From positions 62,001 to 126,000 of IMG/VR virus record IMGVR_UViG_3300025098_000012: 64,000 nt of DNA; one strand, given 5' to 3'. Each line of letters starts with the position of its first letter. Within the stretch, counting starts at the first letter, position 1. Positions 46,840 to 55,734 of the stretch are shown here, piece after piece. A model generated the notes under the pieces. It was given only the letters and a program-made list of their open reading frames with translations, was not told the DNA's origin and made no database searches. The position numbers and the translations under genes are program-made.

Positions 46840-47175
46840 ATGATGACACTAACAGTTAAAGACAATGGAGTTCGTGTAGCAAACCCCTCTTATAGAGGTC
46901 AGAGAGTCCACGCTAATGAGATCAAGCAGTATCATTCAACTTTACTTAAAGAGTTGGGATTTAAAAAGCAAAGCTCAAGATGGATACACAAATCAACAAT
47001 GCCCTTTAAGGCATCCTCGTTATGTGTGGTTTGGAGAGATTCTCCTCATACCTTGAGCGTACAGCGAGGAAACTTTTTAAAGCACATTGAAGTACATGAG
47101 AATGCCGACTTACATGACTTTGTGTCTAATGTTTTGCAGTCGATAAGGGATGTTTGGACAGAGGGTGCGAAGTAA
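46840..47175 (+). CDS. Member of the IR.VW paralogue family
   Basis: LTVKDNGVRVANP...KELGF...SIRDVW. Confidence 0.75.
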   Translation: MMTLTVKDNGVRVANPSYRGQRVHANEIKQYHSTLLKELGFKKQSSRWIHKSTMPFKASSLCVVWRDSPHTLSVQRGNFLKHIEVHENADLHDFVSNVLQSIRDVWTEGAK

Positions 47176-48020
47176 TGAATATGAAGCAAAGATTAGTCGA
47201 GATGATGTCAGAGATCGAAGCGATCCAAAGACAGCTTGGTTGGGTAGTAGATACAGAGGTACATAAAGAGCAGTTAAGGCATCCTATCACCGAGTATCAT
47301 GTAAATCACTATGCGTATCAGTTAGCTCGACTTAAGGACAACCTTAACACGCATGGACCAGCGAGAAGGTGTTATACTTGTAACGACAGTGGTTGGGTTG
47401 AAAATAAAGTTGCTTTTGGGTTTGTGTTTAGTGTTGTTAATAATCCATGTTCGGATTGCGATAAAGGTCGTGAGATAAAGAAGGTTCGTGATGAGAAGAA
47501 CCGTAAGGCTAAAGAGGAAGATGATGCAAGGCAGGAACAGATAAGGCTTGCAAAGGCTCAAGAGCTTGATTGGAGGATTCGACTCATTAAGGTTTGTGTG
47601 GATGATGTGATTGAACCTTGCATTCATCTTTTAGGAAGTGAAGCGATCAATATGCTCTACAAGGAGTATGAATACCTTTTTAAAAGGTGTGGTAATGCAG
47701 AGAACTGGTATCAATCAGAGCAGTACCATCTACATGGTAAAGGAGACTTTTCGATCCCTAAACTGTGGGAGAAAGAGGCTCGTCTAAATTGGGTCAGAGA
47801 GACGATACCGTTCGGACTTAAAGCCCACGAAGACTACTATGTTATAGAAAGTAATCTTCTTTTAAAGGTTGCTCATACTAAGAGGGATTTAGAGCATCGC
47901 ATTTATCAGACTTTGCCTGCTTACGCTAACTCTGATGTTCTTGTTGAGGGTTTATATAAGCAACTCCAAGAGCTTGTGGCTCAAGTGTTGAGCGAACAAA
48001 AAAATACGGAAACGAATTAG
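47175..48020 (+). CDS. Zn-finger / coiled-coil protein
   Basis: CYTCNDSG...PCSDC. Confidence 0.7.
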   Translation: MNMKQRLVEMMSEIEAIQRQLGWVVDTEVHKEQLRHPITEYHVNHYAYQLARLKDNLNTHGPARRCYTCNDSGWVENKVAFGFVFSVVNNPCSDCDKGREIKKVRDEKNRKAKEEDDARQEQIRLAKAQELDWRIRLIKVCVDDVIEPCIHLLGSEAINMLYKEYEYLFKRCGNAENWYQSEQYHLHGKGDFSIPKLWEKEARLNWVRETIPFGLKAHEDYYVIESNLLLKVAHTKRDLEHRIYQTLPAYANSDVLVEGLYKQLQELVAQVLSEQKNTETN

Positions 48021-48048
48021 TTATAAGTCTCTTGAAAGGAGAACGGAT

Positions 48049-48402
48049 ATGAATAAGTATTTGAAGAAGCATGATGATGGACAAGTGGACTGGTCAAAGG
48101 TGGGCTTTGAGATGTTGAATGAATTTCAAGATCTCATGATGGGAGGGCTTGATCTTTCTTGTCGCAGACTTTTGCATGAGGTGCTTGTGGCTCGTGGTTT
48201 TGAGATCAACGACATTTACTCTGAGTATTTTATATCAGACGGTGAGGGTCGTATTGTGTTTGTGTTAATGGACGATGAGTTTTTAAAGGTTGTTCGAGAT
48301 GAGGTTATTTACAACTTACCTATGCACTATGCGAGTGGGTCAGATGAGTTATGTGATTTGTGGGAAATGATCCGAAAGGCATGGAACGCAGATGCTAGTT
48401 AG
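48049..48402 (+). CDS. Member of the IR.VW paralogue family
   Basis: KHDDGQVDW...VARGF...EMIRKAW. Confidence 0.7.
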   Translation: MNKYLKKHDDGQVDWSKVGFEMLNEFQDLMMGGLDLSCRRLLHEVLVARGFEINDIYSEYFISDGEGRIVFVLMDDEFLKVVRDEVIYNLPMHYASGSDELCDLWEMIRKAWNADAS

Positions 48403-48417
48403 ACGACTTACAATCGC

Positions 48418-48672
48418 ATGAATGAGGGTAAAAGAATGATTGAGTATGATAGCGAGGGTGCTGTACCTAAGACACTATCTGGATTTTTCAGCCTCTCAGA
48501 GTTAGAGGGGAAGAACCGTATAGAGATTTCCTACAGTTATCCGAGTGGATCTTTAGTGATACATGAATTTGGTGATGTCGGATCATATCGTCTGACTTTA
48601 TTATCAGCCGAGATAGACGGTAGAGATGATCTCAAGATAACAGCGACTTACAGGGTGGAGGGTAATGACTGA
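48418..48672 (+). CDS. Hypothetical protein
   Basis: Operon member. Confidence 0.6.
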   Translation: MNEGKRMIEYDSEGAVPKTLSGFFSLSELEGKNRIEISYSYPSGSLVIHEFGDVGSYRLTLLSAEIDGRDDLKITATYRVEGND

Positions 48673-48964
48673 TCAACACACGAAGATAGCGAATGGCAAG
48701 CGTATTTGGACGAACAGTTCATTGCTCACATTGGAGCGTAAGGATCATGTCGAGATTTTTGATTTGCTTGTCTACAGTTTTTTGGAGATAGGCTTCACCC
48801 AACATTCGTATGCTCACTACACGCTAGACACCTTAGAAATATGTCTTTACAACGACAGCGTGGGTGTTTTTAAGGTCGGAGAAGATGAGGGTAGGAAGGT
48901 TCTCTACAGATCTGAGGGGATGAGAACTTTTTGGGGTGTGGTTCGGGATGTTTGGGGTTCATAG
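48665..48964 (+). CDS. Member of the IR.VW paralogue family
   Basis: KIANGKRIW...LEIGF...VVRDVW. Confidence 0.7.
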   Translation: MTDQHTKIANGKRIWTNSSLLTLERKDHVEIFDLLVYSFLEIGFTQHSYAHYTLDTLEICLYNDSVGVFKVGEDEGRKVLYRSEGMRTFWGVVRDVWGS

Positions 48965-49016
48965 TCGGAGAAATAATATAACAAGCGTTCAAATTGTGAA
49001 CAGAAAGGAATACTCA

Positions 49017-49310
49017 TTGAGATTTTTATTATGCCTACTGCTCCTGTCTGGTTGTGGCGAAGATAAGATGGAAGTTTATAACACTAGGTGTCCTCAAGTA
49101 GAGCTTGGAGAACATATTGGGTACTTGAGTATCGAGGGAGTAGACAAAAACTCGTTCGCTTACTGGGCTTGTGTAAAGGGAGACTGCACACAAGAAAAGT
49201 GGAGGGATTATCCTGTTGAGGTTCGTCCGATGGGGGATGATGTTTTGAGGGTGTGTTGTGGAGGCTCGGAACATCGAGTAGACCGAGTAAGTGTGGTAGT
49301 TATTAAATGA
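49017..49310 (+). CDS. Small Cys-rich lipoprotein
   Basis: TTG start after AAAGGA; MRFLLCLLLLSGC lipobox. Confidence 0.7.
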   Translation: MRFLLCLLLLSGCGEDKMEVYNTRCPQVELGEHIGYLSIEGVDKNSFAYWACVKGDCTQEKWRDYPVEVRPMGDDVLRVCCGGSEHRVDRVSVVVIK

Positions 49311-49350
49311 CATGAGGCTTATAGACTAGAGGAGTTAAAAGCTATGCCTT

Positions 49351-49707
49351 ATGTCTATAACAGAAAAGAAGAATGACAGACGAGTTTGGTCAGAAGGCTT
49401 TGTTTTAGCCTATGATGGATTGACTATAGAAGATCGCTATCAGAGTCTGATCTTAGGTTTAAGTGAAGCAGGCTTCGTCAAACAGGACTATACCTCTTAC
49501 TCTCCATTGAGTAAGGTGACTGATCTACAGCTAGACGGTATCATTGTTCGTCTTTATCTAGTAGAGCTGAACAATGATACAGTGATTTGTTATCGTGTGG
49601 GCTTAGAGGGTAGGATGGATAGTGATGACACCGACACTATATTTAGGCTTGGCTTAGACACGATATGGGTGGACATTCGTAGGGTTTGGGTAGGCTCAAA
49701 GTTATAG
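49351..49707 (+). CDS. Member of the IR.VW paralogue family
   Basis: KKNDRRVW...LSEAGF...DIRRVW. Confidence 0.7.
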   Translation: MSITEKKNDRRVWSEGFVLAYDGLTIEDRYQSLILGLSEAGFVKQDYTSYSPLSKVTDLQLDGIIVRLYLVELNNDTVICYRVGLEGRMDSDDTDTIFRLGLDTIWVDIRRVWVGSKL

Positions 49708-49777
49708 TTTTTCTATATGTGGATTATATGGTGAATAGCATAGGTGCAAAAAATAATTTTTCTAGGAGTATGTCGCC

Positions 49778-50083
49778 ATGTCCGAGTCTATGAAAAACGC
49801 TCTTGAGTGGGGTTTTAAGATACTGTCTGTTTTCTTGATCCCTGTAATCATTTACCTCTTTAACATGAGTACGAGTTTGAAACTGATGGAACTGAAATCG
49901 GAGTCTCAGACACGCACTATTGAAAAGTTAGAGGGCAAGATTGAGCGTATTGAAGAGGATTTAAATCAAGTTCAACTTAATAGCCAAGAGCTTCGTCAAA
50001 TGAGAACGGATTTAAATCAACAGAACGCTATGATGCGAGAGGTTTATCAGTGGGTTCTTCGCCAACCAGGTAGAAACCCATGA
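49778..50083 (+). CDS. Single-TM coiled-coil protein (possible lysis-associated)
   Basis: N-terminal TM then heptads; late-type motif upstream. Confidence 0.65.
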   Translation: MSESMKNALEWGFKILSVFLIPVIIYLFNMSTSLKLMELKSESQTRTIEKLEGKIERIEEDLNQVQLNSQELRQMRTDLNQQNAMMREVYQWVLRQPGRNP

Positions 50084-50439
50084 AAAATTTAGCTTTAGTT
50101 ATCGTCATCCTAAGTTTCTTTTTGATGAGTGGGGTGGGGATGGAGAGCAGGGGGTCAACAGAAAATGTTGACAATGTGCTTGAAACGGATAATGAGGTGG
50201 TACAAGTAGATAGTGTAGCAGTTGAGCAAGCCGAGATTATCTCTGAAATGAGATGTCAAGTGAGTGAGCTACACTATATGACTTGCCGAATACACCGTAT
50301 GCTTAAAAGCACAGGAGACAATGATGTCAGAAGAGAATGTAAACCAAGAGACTACCGAGAATGCCAACCAACCTCAAGAAGTGGGGAAGCTCACAGAGGA
50401 GGAAATGGCAACCATCTCACAATTGAGGCAGAACGCTAA
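50080..50439 (+). CDS. Secreted/membrane-anchored protein
   Basis: Signal-like N-terminus; ATGA coupling. Confidence 0.6.
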   Translation: MKNLALVIVILSFFLMSGVGMESRGSTENVDNVLETDNEVVQVDSVAVEQAEIISEMRCQVSELHYMTCRIHRMLKSTGDNDVRRECKPRDYRECQPTSRSGEAHRGGNGNHLTIEAER

Positions 50440-50656
50440 TCAGCTCCTCAATCAGCTTGGTCAGTTAGAGCTTCGTAAAACTCGTCTTGCGTTTCAGATT
50501 GAGCGTAATGAAGCACAGGCACAGCAGGTAGTAGCTTCTGCTCGTGAGCGTCTTAACATTCCAGAGACAGCCCCTTGGCAGATTCAAGAAGATGGGACAG
50601 TAGTGGCGATCCTTAACGAAGAAGCAGACATTACTGCTGACGAGGGTAGCGACTGA
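50321..50656 (+). CDS. Acidic coiled-coil protein
   Basis: SD AGGAGA; overlaps the previous ORF by about 120 nt. Confidence 0.7.
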   Translation: MMSEENVNQETTENANQPQEVGKLTEEEMATISQLRQNANQLLNQLGQLELRKTRLAFQIERNEAQAQQVVASARERLNIPETAPWQIQEDGTVVAILNEEADITADEGSD

Positions 50657-50706
50657 TCAGTTAGCTATCTCGTAGCACCCTTTTATGGGTAGCAGTAAGA
50701 TCAACG

Positions 50707-50745
50707 AAAAGAGCCTATCTTCCTTATGGGGGGATAGGCTCTTTT
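50707..50745. terminator. Bidirectional intrinsic terminator
   Basis: AAAAGAGCCTATC...GATAGGCTCTTTT between convergent genes. Confidence 0.85.
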
Positions 50746-51394
50746 AAGTCTCTGACCACCTAAAGAAGCGATCATCTTCTTTGTGGGTGATCCCTTTACG
50801 CTTCACTTTACCTGCCTTCTTGCCACGCACATAACGCTCAAAAGAGGTAAAGTGTTTACGCTCTAAGTCCGAGAGATCATCAACGGTGATTTCTTCTTCA
50901 ACTAAGAGCCAAAAGCGACTTGCCGCTTTAGCTACCCAGAAGGCATCTGCTTGGTGATTATTCCACCTCTTAGCACCTTGACCATCGGTAGCTTGTTTAG
51001 CGGCATCCACCATATCTCCTTTACCCATTTTCCAACCTTTGGGTCTATTGAGGAAAGCGGCAGCATGGGCTTTTACTTGATTGGGAGAAAGGTAAACCGT
51101 ATCGCATTTCTCAAGCATGAGTGCTTCATTACTGTAGAGGAACAGACCATACATTCCCTCTGAGAAAAGGTCATTAAAGATTGGTGATTCTATACCAACT
51201 CTTAAAGTCTCTTCTGGATGATCTGCTCTGACTTGCTGTACGATTTCTCTTAGACCTTCTCGTAGGGTGATGTAGCGTTCAACGAACATGGTTTTGGCAT
51301 CTGTTTTCATTGTACCCTTATCCAAAAAGTGTCCATCATCACGAATGAGAGTCCATCCAAAGTTTCTGAGAGAGGGGTCAAGTCCTAAAATCAT
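50744..51394 (-). CDS. ruvC: RuvC-like Holliday junction resolvase
   Basis: ILGLDPS..NFG; GIESP; VKA; ADAFWVA. Confidence 0.8.
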   Translation of the reverse strand: MILGLDPSLRNFGWTLIRDDGHFLDKGTMKTDAKTMFVERYITLREGLREIVQQVRADHPEETLRVGIESPIFNDLFSEGMYGLFLYSNEALMLEKCDTVYLSPNQVKAHAAAFLNRPKGWKMGKGDMVDAAKQATDGQGAKRWNNHQADAFWVAKAASRFWLLVEEEITVDDLSDLERKHFTSFERYVRGKKAGKVKRKGITHKEDDRFFRWSET

Positions 51395-51459
51395 TTGTAG
51401 ATCCTTTATTAAAGTCTTTATATATCTTTATATGATACCTCTTTTTAAGGAGAAAACAC

Positions 51460-52455
51460 ATGAGACATGATAACAGTTATCGTAGAGCAAAACGCTCTTA
51501 TCGTGAGGCTTCAATGAGCCGACAGGCAACAATGGAGCGTATTGCAGGGCTTGAGATGAAAGTAGCGGCGATGGAATACCAAGCAGGAATGAAAGACTCA
51601 CTTAAGGGTTTATTCCTCAAGTATGTCGCAGAGCCTCTTGATAAGTATCGCAGGCATCTTAACCTCTTTAAGATGCCTGTTGACGATCTCATGGACGATG
51701 TGATTGAGGCGATTGCACCAGAGTATGCTGAAAAACTCATGGAGGCTGAGGTAGACGCTGACTTTGAAGAGTTTGAAGCAGGTGCTAAACTCCGACAAGA
51801 AGAGAGAGCACATGGTCAATCAAAGTTCCCCCCTCGTGGTAAGTCTCCCGAATTCTATGAGGGATATGGTTGGGGCGACAAAAATGATGGACCAGTTCCA
51901 AGAGAGGTAAAGAAGCGTATCATTCAAGAAGCCGCTCAAGAACACAGCAAGAAGGTTACCGAGAGAGCTTTGAAAAAAGTTCTTAATGTAATCAACCCTG
52001 TTGAGATTATCAAACACGCTTACCACATCGTCAAGAAGCATGGCTGGGATCCTCATGCTGAGGAGATTTGGTATAAGAAATGGCCTAAGCGTCTGTTTAA
52101 GGTTGTTCTAATGGCTATCGGCATGGCTTTTGTAGAAGCGATTGAACACTATGTCTTGCCTGCAACAATGGTTAAGATCACAGGCAATCCTGCTTGGTGG
52201 GGTCTTGCTTCTGTACCACTCCTTGAGATCATCTTACCTATCGTTCTTGCTTACTTCAAGGGAGCTAAAGGCGATGCTGTTGAGGAGCCTGGACACCTTG
52301 ATTGGTACGAAGAGAACTATGGAGAAATCGAGGAAGTTCTTGACGATAATGTCTTTGAAGATGATGATGATGATAGCCGAGTAGCGAGCTATCGTCCTCG
52401 TGGTCGCAGAGCGAGCTATCGTGATCTAGCCCTCAAGTTTAACTACAACCTTTAA
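51460..52455 (+). CDS. Probable virion-packaged protein with hydrophobic segments
   Basis: ERIAGLE N-terminal motif; RVAS/RRAS repeats; two hydrophobic stretches. Confidence 0.65.
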   Translation: MRHDNSYRRAKRSYREASMSRQATMERIAGLEMKVAAMEYQAGMKDSLKGLFLKYVAEPLDKYRRHLNLFKMPVDDLMDDVIEAIAPEYAEKLMEAEVDADFEEFEAGAKLRQEERAHGQSKFPPRGKSPEFYEGYGWGDKNDGPVPREVKKRIIQEAAQEHSKKVTERALKKVLNVINPVEIIKHAYHIVKKHGWDPHAEEIWYKKWPKRLFKVVLMAIGMAFVEAIEHYVLPATMVKITGNPAWWGLASVPLLEIILPIVLAYFKGAKGDAVEEPGHLDWYEENYGEIEEVLDDNVFEDDDDDSRVASYRPRGRRASYRDLALKFNYNL

Positions 52456-52466
52456 GGAGAACCCCT

Positions 52467-52790
52467 ATGAGAAGGTCAGCACAACAGACCATCCGTAATC
52501 TTGAGCAACGCATTGCTCATCTTGAAAACCGATCTGCAAGCAGTTCCGATTTAAGCTCTTTGGTCGAAGCAATAGAGGCTCTTGACTCAAACATTCACAA
52601 ACTTGAGAGATCGTTTGATGATTGGTCTACCGATGCAAGTGGTTCTGGAAGAAGCCTACCACCTTCTTTTCGAGCAGGTGATATAGAGAAGGTTTATGGC
52701 ACTCTCGATGATCTGATTGAGATGAAGGATAGACTTTCTGAGGCACATCGTCTACTGCTCAAAATAAAAAGACATGACGAACTAGGGTAA
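52467..52790 (+). CDS. MRRSA..LEQRIA.LE leader protein
   Basis: N-terminus matches 62799-63200. Confidence 0.75.
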   Translation: MRRSAQQTIRNLEQRIAHLENRSASSSDLSSLVEAIEALDSNIHKLERSFDDWSTDASGSGRSLPPSFRAGDIEKVYGTLDDLIEMKDRLSEAHRLLLKIKRHDELG

Positions 52791-53228
52791 GACGCAGAGT
52801 CCTCGACTCACATTGTGGATGACAGGGAAGCATTTCCCACCTGCCACAATGACCGTACCCAACATAGATGGGTCTTTGGGGTGAACCACATTATCAGTGG
52901 TAATCACCTCATCTATGCCTAGATCATTCAGCCTATGTTCTGCATCGGTGAATGAGCCTTGTTTTATGCCCCATTGCTCTTTTTCACTACGAGTTAAGGC
53001 AAACCCTAGCATAGCCTCTATAACTTCGTTTACAGAGGCTTCTATACCCCATGTGAGTACCGACTCTCTATTAGAAGGTTGTTCTACCCATTTGAGTAGT
53101 TCATCTCCTTTAGGAGCACCTACAAGTAAAGGCATACATTTAGGGGGGACCTCAACCTCTAAGAACAATGGTGTCTTGCCCTTCACTTTTAATTCTAAGA
53201 TTTCAATCATCATCGTCCTCGTTTTCAT
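52782..53228 (-). CDS. Hypothetical protein
   Basis: Operon member. Confidence 0.6.
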   Translation of the reverse strand: MKTRTMMIEILELKVKGKTPLFLEVEVPPKCMPLLVGAPKGDELLKWVEQPSNRESVLTWGIEASVNEVIEAMLGFALTRSEKEQWGIKQGSFTDAEHRLNDLGIDEVITTDNVVHPKDPSMLGTVIVAGGKCFPVIHNVSRGLCVLP

Positions 53229-53604
53229 CTGTACTATCTGCGAGTACCCATAACAGAGCGGCTACATCGGGGTACTTACCCGCTATCTTACCCATGTCGC
53301 CCTCATTGATGAGAGCATCAAACTCAAACTCGAACTCTTCTTTGATTTCTTGCTCGTTTTTATCGGGCTTAAAAAACGGACAGGTGTTTGGCACAGAGGG
53401 GTCGCATATAACACCGTCCCACTCTTTAGGCTTATCTGCATCTTGTAAGCATACATAAAAAAGGGGATCGTTAGCGTTCCCCTTCACTTGTCCAGAATGA
53501 GAACAGTTGCAAGGCTTCTTCGACCCACCATTACGAATGGCTTTCTGAAGCAGTCGATGTTTAACTTGCTTGAGTTTATGTCTTACAGCACCTTGTTTCT
53601 TCAT
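53203..53604 (-). CDS. Cys-rich hypothetical protein
   Basis: PCNC..C..C..CPFF. Confidence 0.7.
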   Translation of the reverse strand: MKKQGAVRHKLKQVKHRLLQKAIRNGGSKKPCNCSHSGQVKGNANDPLFYVCLQDADKPKEWDGVICDPSVPNTCPFFKPDKNEQEIKEEFEFEFDALINEGDMGKIAGKYPDVAALLWVLADSTDENEDDDD

Positions 53605-54221
53605 TACTTTATTCTCTTTAAGGTTGCACCGTTCTTACTAGGTGTGATCTTATAGCCTATATCACAGTTATCTGCGATGGTCGGATCATGTGTAATACAC
53701 AATATATCCATATCTAACCGTTGGCAGAGGACTTTTAGAAAATCGACTAAGATTTCGACCCGATTTTCGTCTACAGCAGGGAATGTTTCATCAAGAATGA
53801 GGACAGGTCTTAGGTTTCTCTTGAGGATAAGGGAAATCCTCAGCAAGAGGCTTTGTATTGTGGTGACAGCTCCACCGAAAGCATCTAACCCATCACCCTC
53901 AATCTCAAGCCCATCTTGACCCTTAAAGGTGGTTTTGAGATTGACTGCTACCTTACCCCTTACCTTTGTTATTTCGGCTGTTAGCCCGACCTCTTGGTCG
54001 GGGAATATAGCCTTCAACCCTTCTTCTAAGAGGGAGATATAGGTAGATACCCCTCGCTCCACCTCATCTTGAGCGAGAGTATCAAGGATAACTCCAGCTT
54101 CCGTCTTTTTGTCCTTATCAAGCTCAAGGAAAGCGATCTCGGTTTCGAGATCGTCTATGCGTTTTTCACACGACTCCTTGAGCGTTTTTAATCGGTAAAA
54201 TCGGGAAGCGAGATCATTCAT
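53604..54221 (-). CDS. Rad50/SbcC/SMC-type ATPase, C-terminal half only
   Basis: Coiled coil; signature FGGA; Walker B ILDETF; ITHD; no Walker A. Confidence 0.8.
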   Translation of the reverse strand: MNDLASRFYRLKTLKESCEKRIDDLETEIAFLELDKDKKTEAGVILDTLAQDEVERGVSTYISLLEEGLKAIFPDQEVGLTAEITKVRGKVAVNLKTTFKGQDGLEIEGDGLDAFGGAVTTIQSLLLRISLILKRNLRPVLILDETFPAVDENRVEILVDFLKVLCQRLDMDILCITHDPTIADNCDIGYKITPSKNGATLKRIK

Positions 54222-54225
54222 TACA

Positions 54226-55431
54226 TTAAAGCATCCAACCTATAATAGAAACGGTCTGTACTCCAGAGTCTTGATCGGACTTGAAAAGCATATAACCCTT
54301 CTTGCCCTCACGAGTACATCCAAATACGATGTTATCATTATAGATTTCTACAGCTTTTTTGATCGAAAGATAGTTGAAATCGAAAGTGGCAATGTCATTG
54401 CCTTCACCAGCTTCTTTCAAACGAGTCGCATACATCAAGTTAGAGAGGTCAGTGATCTCTTCGAGTGGCTTCTCTGCATCCTCGAATGGAGGTACTTCGA
54501 GGTTATATGAGAGCGTCTTACTGTTAGACGAGTTCATCTCAAGACTAGGGGGTAATAAAGCCTCATCTTCGGGGTCTTTGAATGTGATTTTATAGTTGGT
54601 CTTATCGGCAAACGCTGACAAGAATGTAAGCCCATTCATAAAGTTATCCTTAGACAACCTCCAAACCCTACGAGGTGTCCAGTTAAACGCATCAGCATAT
54701 TGTTGTGTGATGGGAGGGTAGGTGTACGGTAGATCCATTACAGCGAATAACGCACCGTCCTCTGCCTTGAAGAATGTTGCTTGACCACCACTAAGGACTT
54801 CAACCACATTCCCTTCATATGATTTGAGGAACTTCATCAGTGGTGCGATGTCTTTATAATGGATCTTTACATCCATCCCTTGAAGGTCATCGTGCCGAGA
54901 CATATTAAGCATATACCCATCACAGGCAATCGCTTTGCCACCCTCGATCAAGATCATTGCTAGTTCTGGTCTACGACTGTCATCTTGTGATACATATTGC
55001 CTATTGGTATTAAGCGTATCATAAAGGATAGTAGCAGAAATCTCTCCGACCTTAGTTGCTTGTCCGAACTTCTCGACCCAAGGAGGGAAGGCTTCGGGAT
55101 CTAATGAGACAGTGGTGGCTTCACCCTCACTACCCTTTAAGGATACTTCTTTTTCCTCATCGTTGTACTCAATCTCAACGACACCTGTCATAACATTAGT
55201 CGCTGTGATCAAACGCTTACCCTCGATAGAAAAAGACCCTTTATCTTGAACAGTAGCACCGATGACAGGGATCTTTGAAAACTGACGAGGAGGAGAACAA
55301 GCCATGACACTCACACCTGCTTCTTCGGCTGTGAAGATAAAGTGTGATGTGATGTCTTGGTTTGTACCCAAAGTGTTTTGAGCGATTGATAGGGTTTCTT
55401 TTAAATCCTGTGCTGAGACTGTAATCTTCAT
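54226..55431 (-). CDS. dnaN: DNA polymerase III beta sliding-clamp-like protein
   Basis: MKITV...L...L; SQDDSRRPEL..I....ACDGYML resembles DnaN. Confidence 0.75.
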   Translation of the reverse strand: MKITVSAQDLKETLSIAQNTLGTNQDITSHFIFTAEEAGVSVMACSPPRQFSKIPVIGATVQDKGSFSIEGKRLITATNVMTGVVEIEYNDEEKEVSLKGSEGEATTVSLDPEAFPPWVEKFGQATKVGEISATILYDTLNTNRQYVSQDDSRRPELAMILIEGGKAIACDGYMLNMSRHDDLQGMDVKIHYKDIAPLMKFLKSYEGNVVEVLSGGQATFFKAEDGALFAVMDLPYTYPPITQQYADAFNWTPRRVWRLSKDNFMNGLTFLSAFADKTNYKITFKDPEDEALLPPSLEMNSSNSKTLSYNLEVPPFEDAEKPLEEITDLSNLMYATRLKEAGEGNDIATFDFNYLSIKKAVEIYNDNIVFGCTREGKKGYMLFKSDQDSGVQTVSIIGWML

Positions 55432-55691
55432 AGACTGTCTACTCTACTTTCGATTCTAGTGATGACTTGCTCTGCATCCAACAGAGCTTCGTTAAGTTTA
55501 GTGATTGCCTCTTGCCTTTCAGCTTTAAGGCGATTGATTTCATCTTCAAGTGTGTCGGGGTTAATACCCCTTTCAACCAACCTTTTGTCAAGTTCCAAGA
55601 GACTTGATCTAGCGGCTTCTAGCTTACCGAGCAGACGCTCCCTTCGTCTTTCAATGTCGATTTTTTTATTCACGAGTTGTTCAAGATCCAT
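55428..55691 (-). CDS. Coiled-coil protein
   Basis: Heptad pattern; first gene of the clamp operon. Confidence 0.7.
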   Translation of the reverse strand: MDLEQLVNKKIDIERRRERLLGKLEAARSSLLELDKRLVERGINPDTLEDEINRLKAERQEAITKLNEALLDAEQVITRIESRVDSL

Positions 55692-55734
55692 TTGAACTTT
55701 CCTTTCGTAATGTGGTTATCAACCATTATATGAT

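Noticed and set aside
54503-54510. TCATATAA copies inside coding regions (also 4394-4401)
   Set aside because: Encode Ser-Tyr-Asn in frame and lie far from starts; probably chance
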